Positions 1-9,082 of a stretch of DNA of 64,000 nucleotides are shown piece after piece. Within the stretch, counting starts at the first letter, position 1, and each line of letters begins with the position of its first letter. The notes below the pieces were generated by a model that did no database searches, had not been told where the DNA came from, and saw only the letters and a list, made by a program, of their open reading frames with translations. Origin of the DNA: Thermoproteota archaeon (GTDB taxonomy: Archaea; Korarchaeota; Korarchaeia; Korarchaeales; Korarchaeaceae); the NCBI GenBank assembly GCA_027491395.1, contig JAOZFI010000041.1, forward strand, positions 1 through 64,000, written 5' to 3'. Made by a program: the position numbers and the translations under genes.

Positions 1-183
1 ATAGTAAGGCAGAGAAAACCTTACAGGAGGAAGAACGGTCAGTGGGTAGTCTTCGATGATAATGCAGCCGTACTAGTCAACGATGACGGTACCCCCAAAG
101 GTTCGGAGTTCAGGGGCCCAATAGCCAAGGAGGCAATCGAGAGATGGCCCTCGCTGGGAGCCGTCTCTGCTCAGGTAGTGTGA
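1..183 (+). CDS. rpl14: 50S ribosomal protein uL14, 3' part (truncated by window start)
   Basis: Frame 1 reads [49 protein letters not shown]..., TGA at 181-183; directly upstream of uL24. Confidence 0.95.
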   Translation: MVRQRKPYRRKNGQWVVFDDNAAVLVNDDGTPKGSEFRGPIAKEAIERWPSLGAVSAQVV

Positions 184-184
184 G

Positions 185-775
185 GTGATCAGATTGCAAA
201 GGACCGTATCGCACAAACCAAGTAAGCAGAGGAGGTACCTGTACAACGCGCCCCTCCACCACATGGGCAAGATAATGTCCGCCCACCTCTCCCCAGAGCT
301 GCGGGAGAGGTACGGGGTCAGGTCAATGCCCATAAGGAAGGGCGACAGAGTCAAGGTAGTCCGAGGTGATTACAAGGGAACCGAGGGGGAGGTCATCTCT
401 GTAGACAGGGAGAAATACAGGATAGCGATCAAGGGACTAATAAGGAAGAAAACCGACGGGACCGAGATACCAATTCCCATCCACCCCTCCAAGGTGATAA
501 TCACGAAGCTTGACCTCAAGGACGATGCTAGGAAAAAGATACTCGAGAGAAAGGGAGTAACCGAGGAGGAGATAGAGGAAGCTATCGAGGAAGAGGAGAG
601 AACCGAGGAGAAAGAAGGGCAGGCAGAAGAGGAAACTTCGAAGGAGGTCGAGGAAGCAGGAGGAGAGCTAAGAACAGAGATGGGAACCAGAGCAGGAGCC
701 GAGACTGAAGGGATAGAGACCCAAGAGAGCCAGAGCGCACCGGATGTGAAACCTGAAGGAAAGGGAGATGAGTGA
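185..775 (+). CDS. rpl24: 50S ribosomal protein uL24 with long acidic C-terminal tail
   Basis: KPSKQR..APLH, KOW motif [19 protein letters not shown]; spc operon position. Confidence 0.96.
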   Translation: MIRLQRTVSHKPSKQRRYLYNAPLHHMGKIMSAHLSPELRERYGVRSMPIRKGDRVKVVRGDYKGTEGEVISVDREKYRIAIKGLIRKKTDGTEIPIPIHPSKVIITKLDLKDDARKKILERKGVTEEEIEEAIEEEERTEEKEGQAEEETSKEVEEAGGELRTEMGTRAGAETEGIETQESQSAPDVKPEGKGDE

Positions 776-777
776 TT

Positions 778-1500
778 ATGGGGAAGATGGGAGGAAGCAG
801 GCATCTAAAGAGACTTGCGGCTCCTGGCTACTGGCCTATAGCCAAGAGGGAGAAGGTCTGGGTGGTCAAGCCGAGACCGGGCCCCCATCCCATGGAGCAG
901 GGGTTCCCTCTGCTCGTAGTGGTCAGGGACATCTTGGAGCTGGCCACCACGGCTAGAGAGGCCAAAAGGATCATCTTCATGAAGAAGATCTGGGTGGACG
1001 GCAAGCCTAGGTACAATTACAAGTACCAAGTGGGTCTAATGGATGTGGTCTCAATACCGGACTTGGGTAAGCATTACAGAATAGTTCCTGATCCCTTCAA
1101 GTTCTTGAAGCTTGTGGAGATACCCGAGGCAGAATCCAACCTCAAGATCGTCAAGGTGATGGGTAAGAGGACTGTGAGGGGAGGGAAGATACAGCTGACC
1201 ACCCATGACGGGAGGAACTTCCTGTTGAGGCCTGATTCGGACACGGCTAAATCGATCAGGGTAGGCCATTCTCTACTGATAGAGGTACCATCCCAGGAGA
1301 TAAAGCAGATCTTCCCGCTTGAGGTGGGAGCTGTTGCCGCCATGATCAGAGGGAGGATGGCGGGTCACATAGGCACCATAAAGGAGCTGGCGGAGTTCAT
1401 TGAGCTGCAGGACTTGGAGGATCCCAACCTGATATACAGGGGAACCTCGGAGAACGTGCTGGTCGTCGGGAGGGAGAAACCAGCTATAAGGGTGAGGTGA
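778..1500 (+). CDS. rps4e: 30S ribosomal protein eS4
   Basis: HLKRLAAP..W, PRPGPH, GLMDV, QLTTHDGRN motifs. Confidence 0.97.
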   Translation: MGKMGGSRHLKRLAAPGYWPIAKREKVWVVKPRPGPHPMEQGFPLLVVVRDILELATTAREAKRIIFMKKIWVDGKPRYNYKYQVGLMDVVSIPDLGKHYRIVPDPFKFLKLVEIPEAESNLKIVKVMGKRTVRGGKIQLTTHDGRNFLLRPDSDTAKSIRVGHSLLIEVPSQEIKQIFPLEVGAVAAMIRGRMAGHIGTIKELAEFIELQDLEDPNLIYRGTSENVLVVGREKPAIRVR

Positions 1501-1504
1501 TTCC

Positions 1505-2065
1505 ATGACTGTTGAGCTGGCTAACGCCATAGAGGAGAGATGGAAGAGCAACCCCATGCTCATGCCAAAGGTAATGGCAGTGACCTTGAACATAGCCGTC
1601 GGCAGGAGCGGGGAAGTACTCCTGAGAGCCGGTAAGGTGCTTGAGGAACTCACCGGACAGAAACCCGTCCATAGAAGGGCTAAGAGGACCATTAGAGAGT
1701 TCGGAATAAGAAAAAGGGAGCCCATAGCTGTCACAGTCACTGTCAGGGGTAAGAAGGCTCTGAAATTGTTGGACAGGGTGGCCGATGCTGTGGACAGGAG
1801 GATCAGAGCCAGCGCCTTTGATGAGTTCGGTAACTTCGCCTTCGGTATAAAGGAGCACATAGAGATCCCCGGGGTTAGGTACAAGGCCGACATAGGGATC
1901 TTCGGCATGGATGTCATCGTGACCATGGGGAGGGCTGGCTACAGAGTAGCTAAGAGGAGGATAAAGCGCGCGAGGATACCTAGGAGGCACAGGCTGACTA
2001 GGGAGGAGTCCATGGTCTTCGCGGAAAAGTACTTAAGGCTGAAGGTGCTGTCCGATAGCGAGTGA
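1505..2065 (+). CDS. rpl5: 50S ribosomal protein uL5
   Basis: NPM..P, TGQKP..RAKRTIREFGIR, FDEFGNFAFGIKEH, GIFGMDV. Confidence 0.97.
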   Translation: MTVELANAIEERWKSNPMLMPKVMAVTLNIAVGRSGEVLLRAGKVLEELTGQKPVHRRAKRTIREFGIRKREPIAVTVTVRGKKALKLLDRVADAVDRRIRASAFDEFGNFAFGIKEHIEIPGVRYKADIGIFGMDVIVTMGRAGYRVAKRRIKRARIPRRHRLTREESMVFAEKYLRLKVLSDSE

Positions 2066-2079
2066 GGTGAGGGGGTAAA

Positions 2080-2244
2080 ATGGCTAAGCCGAGGAGAAAG
2101 GTGAGGACCAAGGGAAAGGGCGCTTACGTGTGCAGGAGATGCGGGAGAGTGGGGAGGGGCATAATCCGGAAGTACGGTCTCTACCTCTGCAGGCAGTGCT
2201 TCTTGGAAGTGGCTCCCCTCATGGGATGGAAGAAGTACGAGTGA
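2080..2244 (+). CDS. rps14: 30S ribosomal protein uS14 (Zn-binding); 54 aa, below the ORF-track cutoff
   Basis: Translated by hand: [54 protein letters not shown]; lies between uL5 and uS8. Confidence 0.96.
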   Translation: MAKPRRKVRTKGKGAYVCRRCGRVGRGIIRKYGLYLCRQCFLEVAPLMGWKKYE

Positions 2245-2255
2245 GGTGATCGCTG

Positions 2256-2648
2256 ATGACGAGGCTGGATCCATTGGCCGACGCTATGAGCACCCTGACC
2301 AATGCCTCTAGGGTCGGGAAGAGGGAGACTGTCATAAACATAGCCTCCAAGCTCATAGGGAAGGTGCTGAGGATACTCCAAGAGGAGGGCTACGTTGAGG
2401 AGTTCGAGTACATAGACGATGGAAGGGCCGGGAAGTACAGGGTCAGGTTGAAGGGAAGGATAAACAAGGCGGGAGTCATAAAACCGAGGTTCTCGGTGAA
2501 GAAAGATGAGTTCCTGTACTGGGAGAAGATGTACCTGCCGGCAGAGAACGTGGGGGTCATAATAGTCTCCACCAACCAGGGAATCATGAGTCACAGGGAG
2601 GCGAAGAAGAGGGGAATTGGAGGGGTCCTCCTCGCTTACTGCTACTGA
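2256..2648 (+). CDS. rps8: 30S ribosomal protein uS8
   Basis: [41 protein letters not shown]. Confidence 0.97.
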   Translation: MTRLDPLADAMSTLTNASRVGKRETVINIASKLIGKVLRILQEEGYVEEFEYIDDGRAGKYRVRLKGRINKAGVIKPRFSVKKDEFLYWEKMYLPAENVGVIIVSTNQGIMSHREAKKRGIGGVLLAYCY

Positions 2649-2664
2649 TACTGAGGTGATGGAG

Positions 2665-3216
2665 ATGGGCAGGTTTCCTAGAATGGTCACTCAAGCTCAG
2701 GAGATTGAGGTCCCTGTGGTAGAGGGTGTTGACGTCGAGGTGGATGGTTCCAAGGTGGTGGTCAAGGGCCCGAAGGGTAGGCTCGAGAAGAAGTTCCACG
2801 AGGAATTGGTGGAGATCATTAAAGAGGGAGACAAGGTCAAGGTGAGAGTCTACGGTAAGAGGAAGTTCCATTATGCTTACTTGGGGACAGTGGCGGCCCA
2901 CATCAAGAACATGATGAAGGGGGTCACCGAAGGCTTCTCCAAGGAGATGATAATAGTGTACGCCCACTTCCCGATGAAGGTCGAGGTAGACGAGAAGAGG
3001 AAACTCGTCGTGATAAATAACTTCCTCGGGGAGAAGGCTCCCAGATACGCTAAGATCGTCGGGGATACTAAGGTGAGGGTTGAAGGGGACAGGATATATA
3101 TTGAGGGCATATCAAAGGAGGATGTCGGGCAGACGGCGGCCAACATCAGGCAGGCCACTAGAATAAAGGATAAGGATCCGAGGGTGTTTATGGACGGTAT
3201 CTACGTGGTGAAGTGA
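2665..3216 (+). CDS. rpl6: 50S ribosomal protein uL6
   Basis: VKGPKG, HIKNMMKGVTEGF, YAHFPM, NFLGEK, DPRVFMDGIY; ATG 2665 follows SD GAGGTGA. Confidence 0.96.
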   Translation: MGRFPRMVTQAQEIEVPVVEGVDVEVDGSKVVVKGPKGRLEKKFHEELVEIIKEGDKVKVRVYGKRKFHYAYLGTVAAHIKNMMKGVTEGFSKEMIIVYAHFPMKVEVDEKRKLVVINNFLGEKAPRYAKIVGDTKVRVEGDRIYIEGISKEDVGQTAANIRQATRIKDKDPRVFMDGIYVVK

Positions 3217-3217
3217 A

Positions 3218-3604
3218 ATGACTGAGTCGAGAGTGGAGGAAAATAGGATTCTCTTACAGAGATTGAAGAAGGGAAAACCTAGGTTCCTGAACCTAGCTAG
3301 ATACTGGAGGTTGGGCGCTGTCAAGAGCTGGAGAAAACCTCGGGGGATAGATAACAAGCAGAGGCTGAAGCTGAAGAGCAGGCCCAAGCAACCGGTGATC
3401 GGATACAAGAATCCTGATGAGATCAGGGGCCTTCATCCCTCGGGCAGGAAGCCCGTTATAGTGCACAATGTGAAAGAGCTGAGGAGCGTGGCCGAGGAGT
3501 ACGGTAACGAAGCTGTAATCTACATAGCGGGTACCGTGGGGGGAAGGAAGAGGGCCGCCATAAGGGAGGAGGCGCGGAGACTGGGACTCACCCTAGCCAA
3601 CTAG
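3218..3604 (+). CDS. rpl32e: 50S ribosomal protein eL32
   Basis: WRKPRGIDNKQR, IGY, RGLHPSG. Confidence 0.96.
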   Translation: MTESRVEENRILLQRLKKGKPRFLNLARYWRLGAVKSWRKPRGIDNKQRLKLKSRPKQPVIGYKNPDEIRGLHPSGRKPVIVHNVKELRSVAEEYGNEAVIYIAGTVGGRKRAAIREEARRLGLTLAN

Positions 3605-3608
3605 AGAG

Positions 3609-4043
3609 GTGATGCAAGTGAAACTGGATTACCAGAAGAGGCTGGCTGCCAAGGTGGCTGGTGTCGGCTTAGACAGGGTTAGGATAAACCCTGAGAAGAT
3701 AGAGCTCATACAGGAAGCGATAACTAGGAGCGATATAAGGAGACTGATAAGGTCCGGGGCCATAGAGATACTGCCCAAGAGGGGAGTGAGTAGAGCCAGG
3801 ACCAGGGCGAGGCCGAAACGCAGGGGTCCTGGTAGGAGGAAAGGCGGCAAGTACTCACGACTTCCTAGGAAGAGGAGATGGATAAACAAGATAAGAGCCC
3901 TGAGGAGGGAACTCAAATCGATGAAAGAGAGGGGGATAATAGACGCCAAGATGTACAGGGATCTCTACAGGAGACTCTCTAGGTTCGACAGCGTCGCCCA
4001 CCTCAGGTCCCACGTCATGAGGGAGGTGAAGGGGGTTGGCTAG
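3609..4043 (+). CDS. rpl19e: 50S ribosomal protein eL19
   Basis: QKRLAA, AITRSDIRRLI, RRGPGRRKG, WINKIRALRR. Confidence 0.96.
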   Translation: MMQVKLDYQKRLAAKVAGVGLDRVRINPEKIELIQEAITRSDIRRLIRSGAIEILPKRGVSRARTRARPKRRGPGRRKGGKYSRLPRKRRWINKIRALRRELKSMKERGIIDAKMYRDLYRRLSRFDSVAHLRSHVMREVKGVG

Positions 4044-4638
4044 ATCAGCTAGGTACAAGGTCAGATTCAGACGGAGAAGGGAGGGTAAGACCGACTACAA
4101 GAAGAGGCTGGCTCTGCTGAAGAGCGGGCTCCCTAGGATGGTGGTCAGGAGGACTAACAGGTACGTAATAGTACAGTTCGTCAAGTTCAGACCCGAGGGG
4201 GATGAGGTAATAGCATACGCTTTCTCCAAGGAGCTATCGAGATATGGATGGCCGTACGGAGGGAAGAACACGCCTGCGGCCTATCTCACCGGGTACTTGG
4301 CGGCTCTGAGGGCTAAGGAGGCGGGAGTCGAGAAGGCGGTTTTAGATATAGGAAGGTTCCCATCCACCAAGGGCTCTAGGCTCTACGCGGCCCTCAAAGG
4401 TGCCTTTGACGCGGGCATAGAGATTCCCCACTCTCCAGAGGTCCTACCCGAGGAGGACAGGATAAAGGGCGAGCACATAGCCTCTTGGGCCTCTTCTTTA
4501 AAGGAGGAGAGCGAGGAGTTCTATAGGAGACAGTTTGCCATTTACTTGTCTAGGGAAGCAGATCCGGAGTCCATGCCCGAGGTCTTCGAGAGGGTGCTGT
4601 CCCAGCTGGAGCGCGGGCTCTCGGGAGGCAATGGTTAA
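4036..4638 (+). CDS. rpl18: 50S ribosomal protein uL18
   Basis: RRRREGKTDY, RMVVRRTN, NTPAAYLTG, LDIG; TTG start. Confidence 0.97.
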   Translation: MARSARYKVRFRRRREGKTDYKKRLALLKSGLPRMVVRRTNRYVIVQFVKFRPEGDEVIAYAFSKELSRYGWPYGGKNTPAAYLTGYLAALRAKEAGVEKAVLDIGRFPSTKGSRLYAALKGAFDAGIEIPHSPEVLPEEDRIKGEHIASWASSLKEESEEFYRRQFAIYLSREADPESMPEVFERVLSQLERGLSGGNG

Positions 4639-4671
4639 ATAAGCAGGGAGCTAAGGGAGGGTTGAGGAAAA

Positions 4672-5316
4672 ATGTCAGCCGAGGGAGAGGCTCAAAGCGA
4701 GTTGGAGAGGACTTGGACCCCCAGAACTAGGGTGGGCAAGCTCGTCGCCGAAGGTAGGATCAAGAGCATAGACGAGATACTGAGGAGGGGCATACCCATC
4801 CAAGAGCCGGAGATAGTCGATCTCTTGGTTCCAGGCCTTAAAGAGGAGATAATAGAGGTGAGGAGGGTTCAGAGACAGACCGACGCGGGCGAGCTGACCC
4901 AGCTCAGGATAGTGGCTGCTGTCGGAGATGGGATGAGCTACGTCGGTGTCGGGAAGGGCAAGGGGAGGGAGTTCAGGATAGCCTTGGCTGATGCCATAAG
5001 GAACGCCAAGCTGAACATAGTAAAGGTGAGGAAGGGCTGTGGCTCTTGGGAATGCGGCTGCGGCAGGCCCCACTCGATCCCTGCCACGGTGACCGGGTCC
5101 TCAGGCTCCGTGAGAGTCACCCTGATGCCAGCCCCTAGGAAGCTGGGTATAGTGGGTAACGAGACCGCTAAGGTGATACTGGGACTGGGTGGCCTGCAGG
5201 ATGTCAGGGTGTTCTCCAAAGGTCAGACGAAGAACAGGATGAACTACGCCTTCGCGATACACGACGCGCTTTGGAAGCTGCTTCTGATGACCCTCCCGCA
5301 GGACTGGAGGGTCTGA
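4672..5316 (+). CDS. rps5: 30S ribosomal protein uS5
   Basis: WTPRTRVGKLV, QRQTDAG, GCGSWECGCGRPHSIP. Confidence 0.97.
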   Translation: MSAEGEAQSELERTWTPRTRVGKLVAEGRIKSIDEILRRGIPIQEPEIVDLLVPGLKEEIIEVRRVQRQTDAGELTQLRIVAAVGDGMSYVGVGKGKGREFRIALADAIRNAKLNIVKVRKGCGSWECGCGRPHSIPATVTGSSGSVRVTLMPAPRKLGIVGNETAKVILGLGGLQDVRVFSKGQTKNRMNYAFAIHDALWKLLLMTLPQDWRV

Positions 5317-5319
5317 TCT

Positions 5320-5332
5320 AAAGCTTTTTATT
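5320..5332 (+). promoter_or_regulatory. Internal BRE/TATA-like promoter upstream of uL30
   Basis: AAAGCTTTTTATT, the only AT-rich patch in the rps5-rpl30 gap; resembles 11740-11750. Confidence 0.5.
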
Positions 5333-5417
5333 CCCTCGTTCTAGTCAGGTGGAGAGGCGCGCGCCCGTTAGGCGCGGGAGCGCACGATGTCGGGTGCGCC
5401 CTGAGAGGTGGTTGGGA

Positions 5418-5906
5418 TTGGAAGAGTTCCCGCTGATGGCCGTTGTGAGGATAAGAGGTAGAGTTGACATAAAGCCGGATATACGGCATACTCTGGATAT
5501 GCTCCACATGAAGAGGAAGTTCTGGGCTACCGTGGTGCCCCTGACTCCCTCGTATAAGGGAATGCTTCATAAGGTGAAGGACTACACCGCTTATGGAGAG
5601 ATCGACAGGGAGACCCTGATACAACTGCTCAAGGCTAGAGGGGAACTCACTACTGGAGGCAGGCTGACGGACGAGTGGCTGGAGAAACATAGGGAGGAGA
5701 CCGGCTTCTCAAGTGTAGAGGAGCTGGTCGATGCAGTTATGAGGGGAGAGGTGAGGCTTCACAAGTTGAAATGGCTAAAGCCCTACTTCAGACTTCATCC
5801 CCCGAAGGGAGGGTTCAAGAAGACGACGAAAAGGGCGTGGAATGACGGAGGAGAGTTGGGATATAGGGGGAAGGAGATAAATAGGCTCCTGAGGAGGATG
5901 ATATGA
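5418..5906 (+). CDS. rpl30: 50S ribosomal protein uL30
   Basis: AVVRIRG, GMLHKVKDY..YGE, FRLHPPKGG, LGYRG..IN.LL.RM; TTG 5418 follows SD GAGGTGG (ATG 5436 is an alternative). Confidence 0.95.
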   Translation: MEEFPLMAVVRIRGRVDIKPDIRHTLDMLHMKRKFWATVVPLTPSYKGMLHKVKDYTAYGEIDRETLIQLLKARGELTTGGRLTDEWLEKHREETGFSSVEELVDAVMRGEVRLHKLKWLKPYFRLHPPKGGFKKTTKRAWNDGGELGYRGKEINRLLRRMI

Positions 5907-6370
5907 TGCGGACTATACCTAGGAGGAGGAAGAAGAGTAGGAAGCTGAGAGGACACAGGCTCCACGGATATGGGCAGCAGAGGCAGCACAGGAGAAGTGG
6001 AAGACAGGGTGGATTCGGAAAGGCAGGAGTGAAGAAGCATCTCTGGACTTGGATAACAGCGTATGAGCCAGACTACTTCGGCAGGGGCAGGAGGGGATTC
6101 AAGAGACCAAGGGCCGTGGTGAGGGAGGTGAGGACTGTAAATGTGGGAGAGTTGGAGAGAATGCTCCCGGACCTGATGGCCCTAGGATACGCTAGGGAGA
6201 CTGAGAAGGGCATAGAGGTAGACCTATCTGAGGCTGGTTACGATAAGCTCTTGGGCAGGGGTAGAGTCACCAAGCCCCTGTTGGTCAAGGTCAATTTCGC
6301 CACGGAGATGGCCGTCAGGAAGCTAGAGGAGGTAGGAGGCACTGTGATAACGGAATCGAAGTTGGAGTGA
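5903..6370 (+). CDS. rpl15: 50S ribosomal protein uL15
   Basis: RKLRGHRLHGYG, GGFGKAG, YFGR..GF, KLLGRG. Confidence 0.96.
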   Translation: MMRTIPRRRKKSRKLRGHRLHGYGQQRQHRRSGRQGGFGKAGVKKHLWTWITAYEPDYFGRGRRGFKRPRAVVREVRTVNVGELERMLPDLMALGYARETEKGIEVDLSEAGYDKLLGRGRVTKPLLVKVNFATEMAVRKLEEVGGTVITESKLE

Positions 6371-6380
6371 GGGGGTAGAT

Positions 6381-7784
6381 ATGAGCATTGTGAGGGAGAT
6401 AATTGCTAAGATAAACAAAGGAATACCAGAGGTAGAAAAGCCCAAGAGAACCCCCTCCCTCAAGGAGAAGCTCATATGGACGGCCATAACCCTCCTAATA
6501 TACTTTTTCCTGACCGAGGTCCCCCTATACGGTATCCCTAGAGGTGGACTGGATTTCCTAGCGGAACTGAGGGTGATATTCGCTGGAGCTCAGGGGAGCA
6601 TAGTAGAATTGGGAATAGGACCGGTCGTAACCGCCGGAATAGTACTGGAGCTGCTCGTGGGCAGCAAGATAGTTCAGTTGGATTTGACGGATCCAGAGGA
6701 CAGGAAGTTCTTCCAAGAGGCCCAGAGGGTAGCAGCCATATTCTTCATTCTCTTCGAGGTCTCTGCTTACACAATGGGAGGGAGATTCGGCGCCCTTACC
6801 ACCGAGCAGGCCCTGCTGGCCATAGCCCAACTCTCGCTGGGGAGCTTCCTCCTGATGATGCTGGACGACTTGGTCAGCAAGTGGGGGATAGGGAGTGGTA
6901 TAAGTCTCTTCATTCTGGCGGGAGTGGCCCAGAGGGTCATGTGGGGGGCACTGTCCCCTGCTATAGAGAAGAGGAGCGGCAGGTTCGTCGGCGTGATCCC
7001 GGCCCTCCTCACTGAAGGGGCCGGGGCCATATACAGGGGCGCCCTCCCAGATCTCTTAGGACTGATCGCGACCTTCGCCGTCTTCATAGCTGTGGTCTGG
7101 ACTTACGAGGTGAGGGTCAATGTCTCGATAGCTCACACCCTCTACGGCGGTTACAGGACCAAGTACCCGATAAGGCTCCTTTACGTCAGCAATGTACCGA
7201 TAATATTCGCAGCCGCGTTGATAGGGGATATAGACATAATGGCCAAGATAGTTTGGTCCAGAGTGGGGTCCAATCCTGGGGGCTGGTTGAAGTACTTGGT
7301 CGACTTCCTAGGAAGGTATGAGGCAGATCCCATTACCGGGAGCATGGTGCCAGTATCAGGGCTGGCCTACTACTTGGCGACCCCACATGGTCCAGACGTA
7401 CTCGTTCAAGATCCGGTCAGGGCGCTTGTGTACCTAGTGGTCTTGGTCGGGGCTAGCGTCGCCTTCGCTAAGATATGGGTGATGACCGCTGGAATGGATC
7501 CCAGATCGGTCAGCGAGCAGCTCGTCAAGCAGGGAATAGTCGTCCCTGGCAGGAGAGCATCCGTGAAGGTGGTAGCCAAGACCATAGAGAAGTACATAGA
7601 GGCGGTCACCTACCTAGGTGGGTTCATAGTAGGTCTCCTAGCGGCTCTTGCTAACTTTACAGGAGCTCTAGGAACTGGCAGCGGAATACTGCTGGCCGTT
7701 ACCATAGTGGCTGGATTCTACGAGACGCTGATGCGCGAGCGCGCCCTAGAGATGTACCCGAGATTGAAGAAGTTCATAGGATAG
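6381..7784 (+). CDS. secY: Preprotein translocase SecY
   Basis: About 10 TM segments, ELGIGPVVTAG, KWGIGSGISLFI, YPIRLLYVSNVP, GTGSGILL. Confidence 0.98.
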   Translation: MSIVREIIAKINKGIPEVEKPKRTPSLKEKLIWTAITLLIYFFLTEVPLYGIPRGGLDFLAELRVIFAGAQGSIVELGIGPVVTAGIVLELLVGSKIVQLDLTDPEDRKFFQEAQRVAAIFFILFEVSAYTMGGRFGALTTEQALLAIAQLSLGSFLLMMLDDLVSKWGIGSGISLFILAGVAQRVMWGALSPAIEKRSGRFVGVIPALLTEGAGAIYRGALPDLLGLIATFAVFIAVVWTYEVRVNVSIAHTLYGGYRTKYPIRLLYVSNVPIIFAAALIGDIDIMAKIVWSRVGSNPGGWLKYLVDFLGRYEADPITGSMVPVSGLAYYLATPHGPDVLVQDPVRALVYLVVLVGASVAFAKIWVMTAGMDPRSVSEQLVKQGIVVPGRRASVKVVAKTIEKYIEAVTYLGGFIVGLLAALANFTGALGTGSGILLAVTIVAGFYETLMRERALEMYPRLKKFIG

Positions 7785-8297
7785 GTGGTCCAGTTGGATC
7801 TCTCCCTTATACTATTTCCTCCCGGCTCAATCCTCTTTATCACATTCTTGGCCTTCGCCATAAGCCTCTCCATCAACCTGCTCAACAAGAGAACTATAGA
7901 CTACGATAGGCTCAGGGAACTCCAGAAGATCGTTAACGAGTATACCAAGCTCCAAAGGGAGCTGATCAGGGATCCTGAGAACAAGAAGTTGAAGAAGAAG
8001 CTCGACAGGATGAAGCCCCAGTTCGATGCCGCGCGCTCGGAGATGACCAAGATGAACATGAAACCCATGCTCTACACGACTCTACCCATACTTGTGATCT
8101 TCTGGGCCTTAGGGAACTTTTACTCCGAGATCCCAGTGGCTAGACTGCCGTTTCCCCTCCCCTTCATAATGGATTACTTCCATGGGAACAGCGCCCTCTC
8201 CAGCCAGACGATCGGGTACCTAGGCTACTACATAATAGTGTCCTTCCTGTTCTCAATGATATTCCAAAAAATACTGGGAACCTCCCCAACCGAATAA
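7785..8297 (+). CDS. EMC3/TMCO1 (DUF106) Oxa1-superfamily membrane protein
   Basis: TM, coiled coil, MKPM, TM, YIIVSF topology; conserved position after secY. Confidence 0.85.
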   Translation: MVQLDLSLILFPPGSILFITFLAFAISLSINLLNKRTIDYDRLRELQKIVNEYTKLQRELIRDPENKKLKKKLDRMKPQFDAARSEMTKMNMKPMLYTTLPILVIFWALGNFYSEIPVARLPFPLPFIMDYFHGNSALSSQTIGYLGYYIIVSFLFSMIFQKILGTSPTE

Positions 8298-8412
8298 TTT
8301 TCTTACATTTACCCTAAAAATTTTAACATTCCAATACTACCTCGTGGAACGCTAATAGGCAAATGTTTAAAATCCACAGGTTCGGTTAGGACTGGCCGCG
8401 GGGGTGCTGGTC

Positions 8413-8724
8413 TTGATAATAAAGGACATTAACAAGAGAGGAAGGAACAGGCGTCTTAAGAAGGCTAGGGTAGCTGTTAGAACACCAGGAGGTAGGACCG
8501 TCTACCATTACAGGTACAAGAAACACTCCCCCGCTAGATGCGCGAGGTGCGGGAAACCGCTGAACGCCACGCCTACAGGACCTAGGTCCGTCATGGGCAA
8601 GCTTCCCAAGAGCCAAAGGAGGCCCAACAGACCTTACGGTGGTTATCTCTGCCCCGAATGCCTCCGCGAGTTGATGCTCTCCAAGTACGTAGAGGAGGGC
8701 CTGTCCCTCCTAGCGTCCCTCTGA
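8413..8724 (+). CDS. rpl34e: 50S ribosomal protein eL34
   Basis: VRTPGG, CARCG, RPNRPYGGYLCPEC. Confidence 0.95.
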   Translation: MIIKDINKRGRNRRLKKARVAVRTPGGRTVYHYRYKKHSPARCARCGKPLNATPTGPRSVMGKLPKSQRRPNRPYGGYLCPECLRELMLSKYVEEGLSLLASL

Positions 8725-8761
8725 GGGACGCTAACCCCACTCGCGAGAGGGGGTGTCTCAT

Positions 8762-9082
8762 ATGGCAGTGATAGAGGTAGGAAGAGTCTGTAGAAAGATA
8801 GCCGGTAGGGAAGCCGGTAGGACCTGCGTAGTAGTCAAGATAATTGATGACAACTTTGTAGAGGTCACGGGGCCAAGGGAACTGACCGGGGTCAGGAGGA
8901 GGAGAGTCAACGTGAAGCACCTCGTACCCCTGCCGATAAAGCTCGACATATCGGAGGGGGCGAGTGACGAGGAGGTCCTAGAAGCCCTTAAGGAGACCGA
9001 TCTATATCAGAAGCTCCTAGAGGAGAAAGAGAAGAGGGAAAGGAAGAAGGGTAAGCCGGCTGAAGGGCTCGAGGAGTCCTGA
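8762..9082 (+). CDS. rpl14e: 50S ribosomal protein eL14
   Basis: [34 protein letters not shown]. Confidence 0.96.
   Translation: MAVIEVGRVCRKIAGREAGRTCVVVKIIDDNFVEVTGPRELTGVRRRRVNVKHLVPLPIKLDISEGASDEEVLEALKETDLYQKLLEEKEKRERKKGKPAEGLEES

Noticed and set aside
5349-5417. Arg-rich N-terminal extension of uL30
   Set aside because: Better explained as a structured untranslated leader; the SD precedes TTG 5418
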